Below, in pieces: positions 63,201 to 64,000 of a stretch of 64,000 bases of DNA; position 1 is the stretch's first letter; each line of letters begins with the position of its first letter. Source of the DNA: Octopus vulgaris (taxonomy: Eukaryota); NCBI GenBank assembly GCA_951406725.2, contig OX597817.1, forward strand, positions 33,914,001 to 33,978,000, given 5' to 3'. The translations under genes and the position numbers were made by a program. Under the pieces are notes generated by a model. That model saw nothing but the letters and a program-made list of their open reading frames with translations. It did not search any database and was not told where the DNA came from.

Positions 63201-63610
63201 ATGATGATGATGATGACGATGGCAACAACAATGACGACGGCAACAACGACGACGACGACAACGACGATGATGACGACAATGATGATGATGATGATGACGA
63301 TGATGATGATGAGGATGATGATGATGACAACGACAACAACATTGACAATGACGATGACGATGACAACGATGACGATGACGACGACGATGACGACAATGAT
63401 GATGACGACGACGATGATGATGATGATGACAACGATGACAATGACGACGACGACAACAACATTGACAATGACGATGACGATGACAACGATGATGATGATG
63501 ACGATGACGACGACGACAACGACAATGATGACGACAATGATGATGATGATGATGACGATGACGATGACAACAACGATGATGATGACGACGACGACGATGA
63601 CGACGATGAT
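63201..63610. repeat. Compound (GAT/GAC/AAC)n trinucleotide array with a ~120-bp higher-order duplication
   Basis: Visible directly. The marker acaacaacattgacaatgacgatg recurs at ~63333 and ~63453. Confidence 0.92.
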
Positions 63611-64000
63611 TTTTCAAACTTAGTTAACCAGTGAAAGTAGAGGTAACGTCCATTTCCTTTTCCGTTTTTCCTAGATAACCAAATGATAATACATTTACGG
63701 ATAAGTTTGAATCATGGAAGAACATAAACATAGATGGAATTCTAGAGACTGTGGTTAACGGTGATGGTGGTGCTACTGCTGGTAGGAACGGATAAAGAAA
63801 AACACATGAGAGAGGTCCAGTGAGAGTCATGTGATGAGCATCCTGTTATTGTTTATAGTATTGAATTATACCACCAACAGTTTAAGGTTAAGTAAGGGCA
63901 AAATAGTGTTCGTGCTATAAATTCCAAATAGTACTGGTGCTAAATGTGTGTGTGTGTGTGAGTTGTGCATGAAGCAGTGGAGAATGAAATATGTGTGTGT

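Noticed and set aside
63051-63634. Long His/Arg/Cys-, Ser-, Met/Thr- or Asp/Asn-rich ORFs (e.g. an acidic biomineralisation-like protein)
   Set aside because: These are by-products of a trinucleotide array. The Asp-rich frame is closed by TGA at 63194 and 63632, has no ATG and has no credible splice acceptor.

Overview
AT-rich, repeat-dense eukaryotic genomic DNA. The SINE/LINE repertoire suggests a coleoid cephalopod, most likely Octopus (inference from recognised repeat families). The only protein-coding gene I can support is the 5' half of a cytoplasmic-type alanyl-tRNA synthetase (AARS1) on the minus strand. It has 10 coding exons between 12656 and 1325 (1347 nt, 449 codons, all GT-AG, phases consistent) and continues beyond the left edge. 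A probable non-coding first exon and a CpG-richer promoter lie at ~18.5-20.1 kb. The remaining ~44 kb has no convincing host exons. It is a mosaic of tRNA-derived SINEs (CORE-like, Meta-like, V-like), RTE, CR1 and R4/Dong LINE remnants, a duplicated mariner derivative, hAT, piggyBac and Merlin-like MITEs, a Helitron-like element and microsatellites. The most notable observations are: (1) a minimal hammerhead-ribozyme motif with a swapped G3-C8 core pair in a Penelope-like insert, sense to AARS intron 1; (2) a complete 733-bp TRIM-like miniature LTR element with TSD, PBS and PPT; (3) a 5S-rRNA-headed retroposon that shares its 3' tail architecture with the tRNA SINE; (4) tandem H-type pseudoknot motifs in the RTE 3' UTR; (5) telomere-repeat-carrying MITEs; (6) three local inverted templated duplications in AARS intron 1, one fused to an RTE tail. 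No database searches or folding were run; family names come from recognising motifs.
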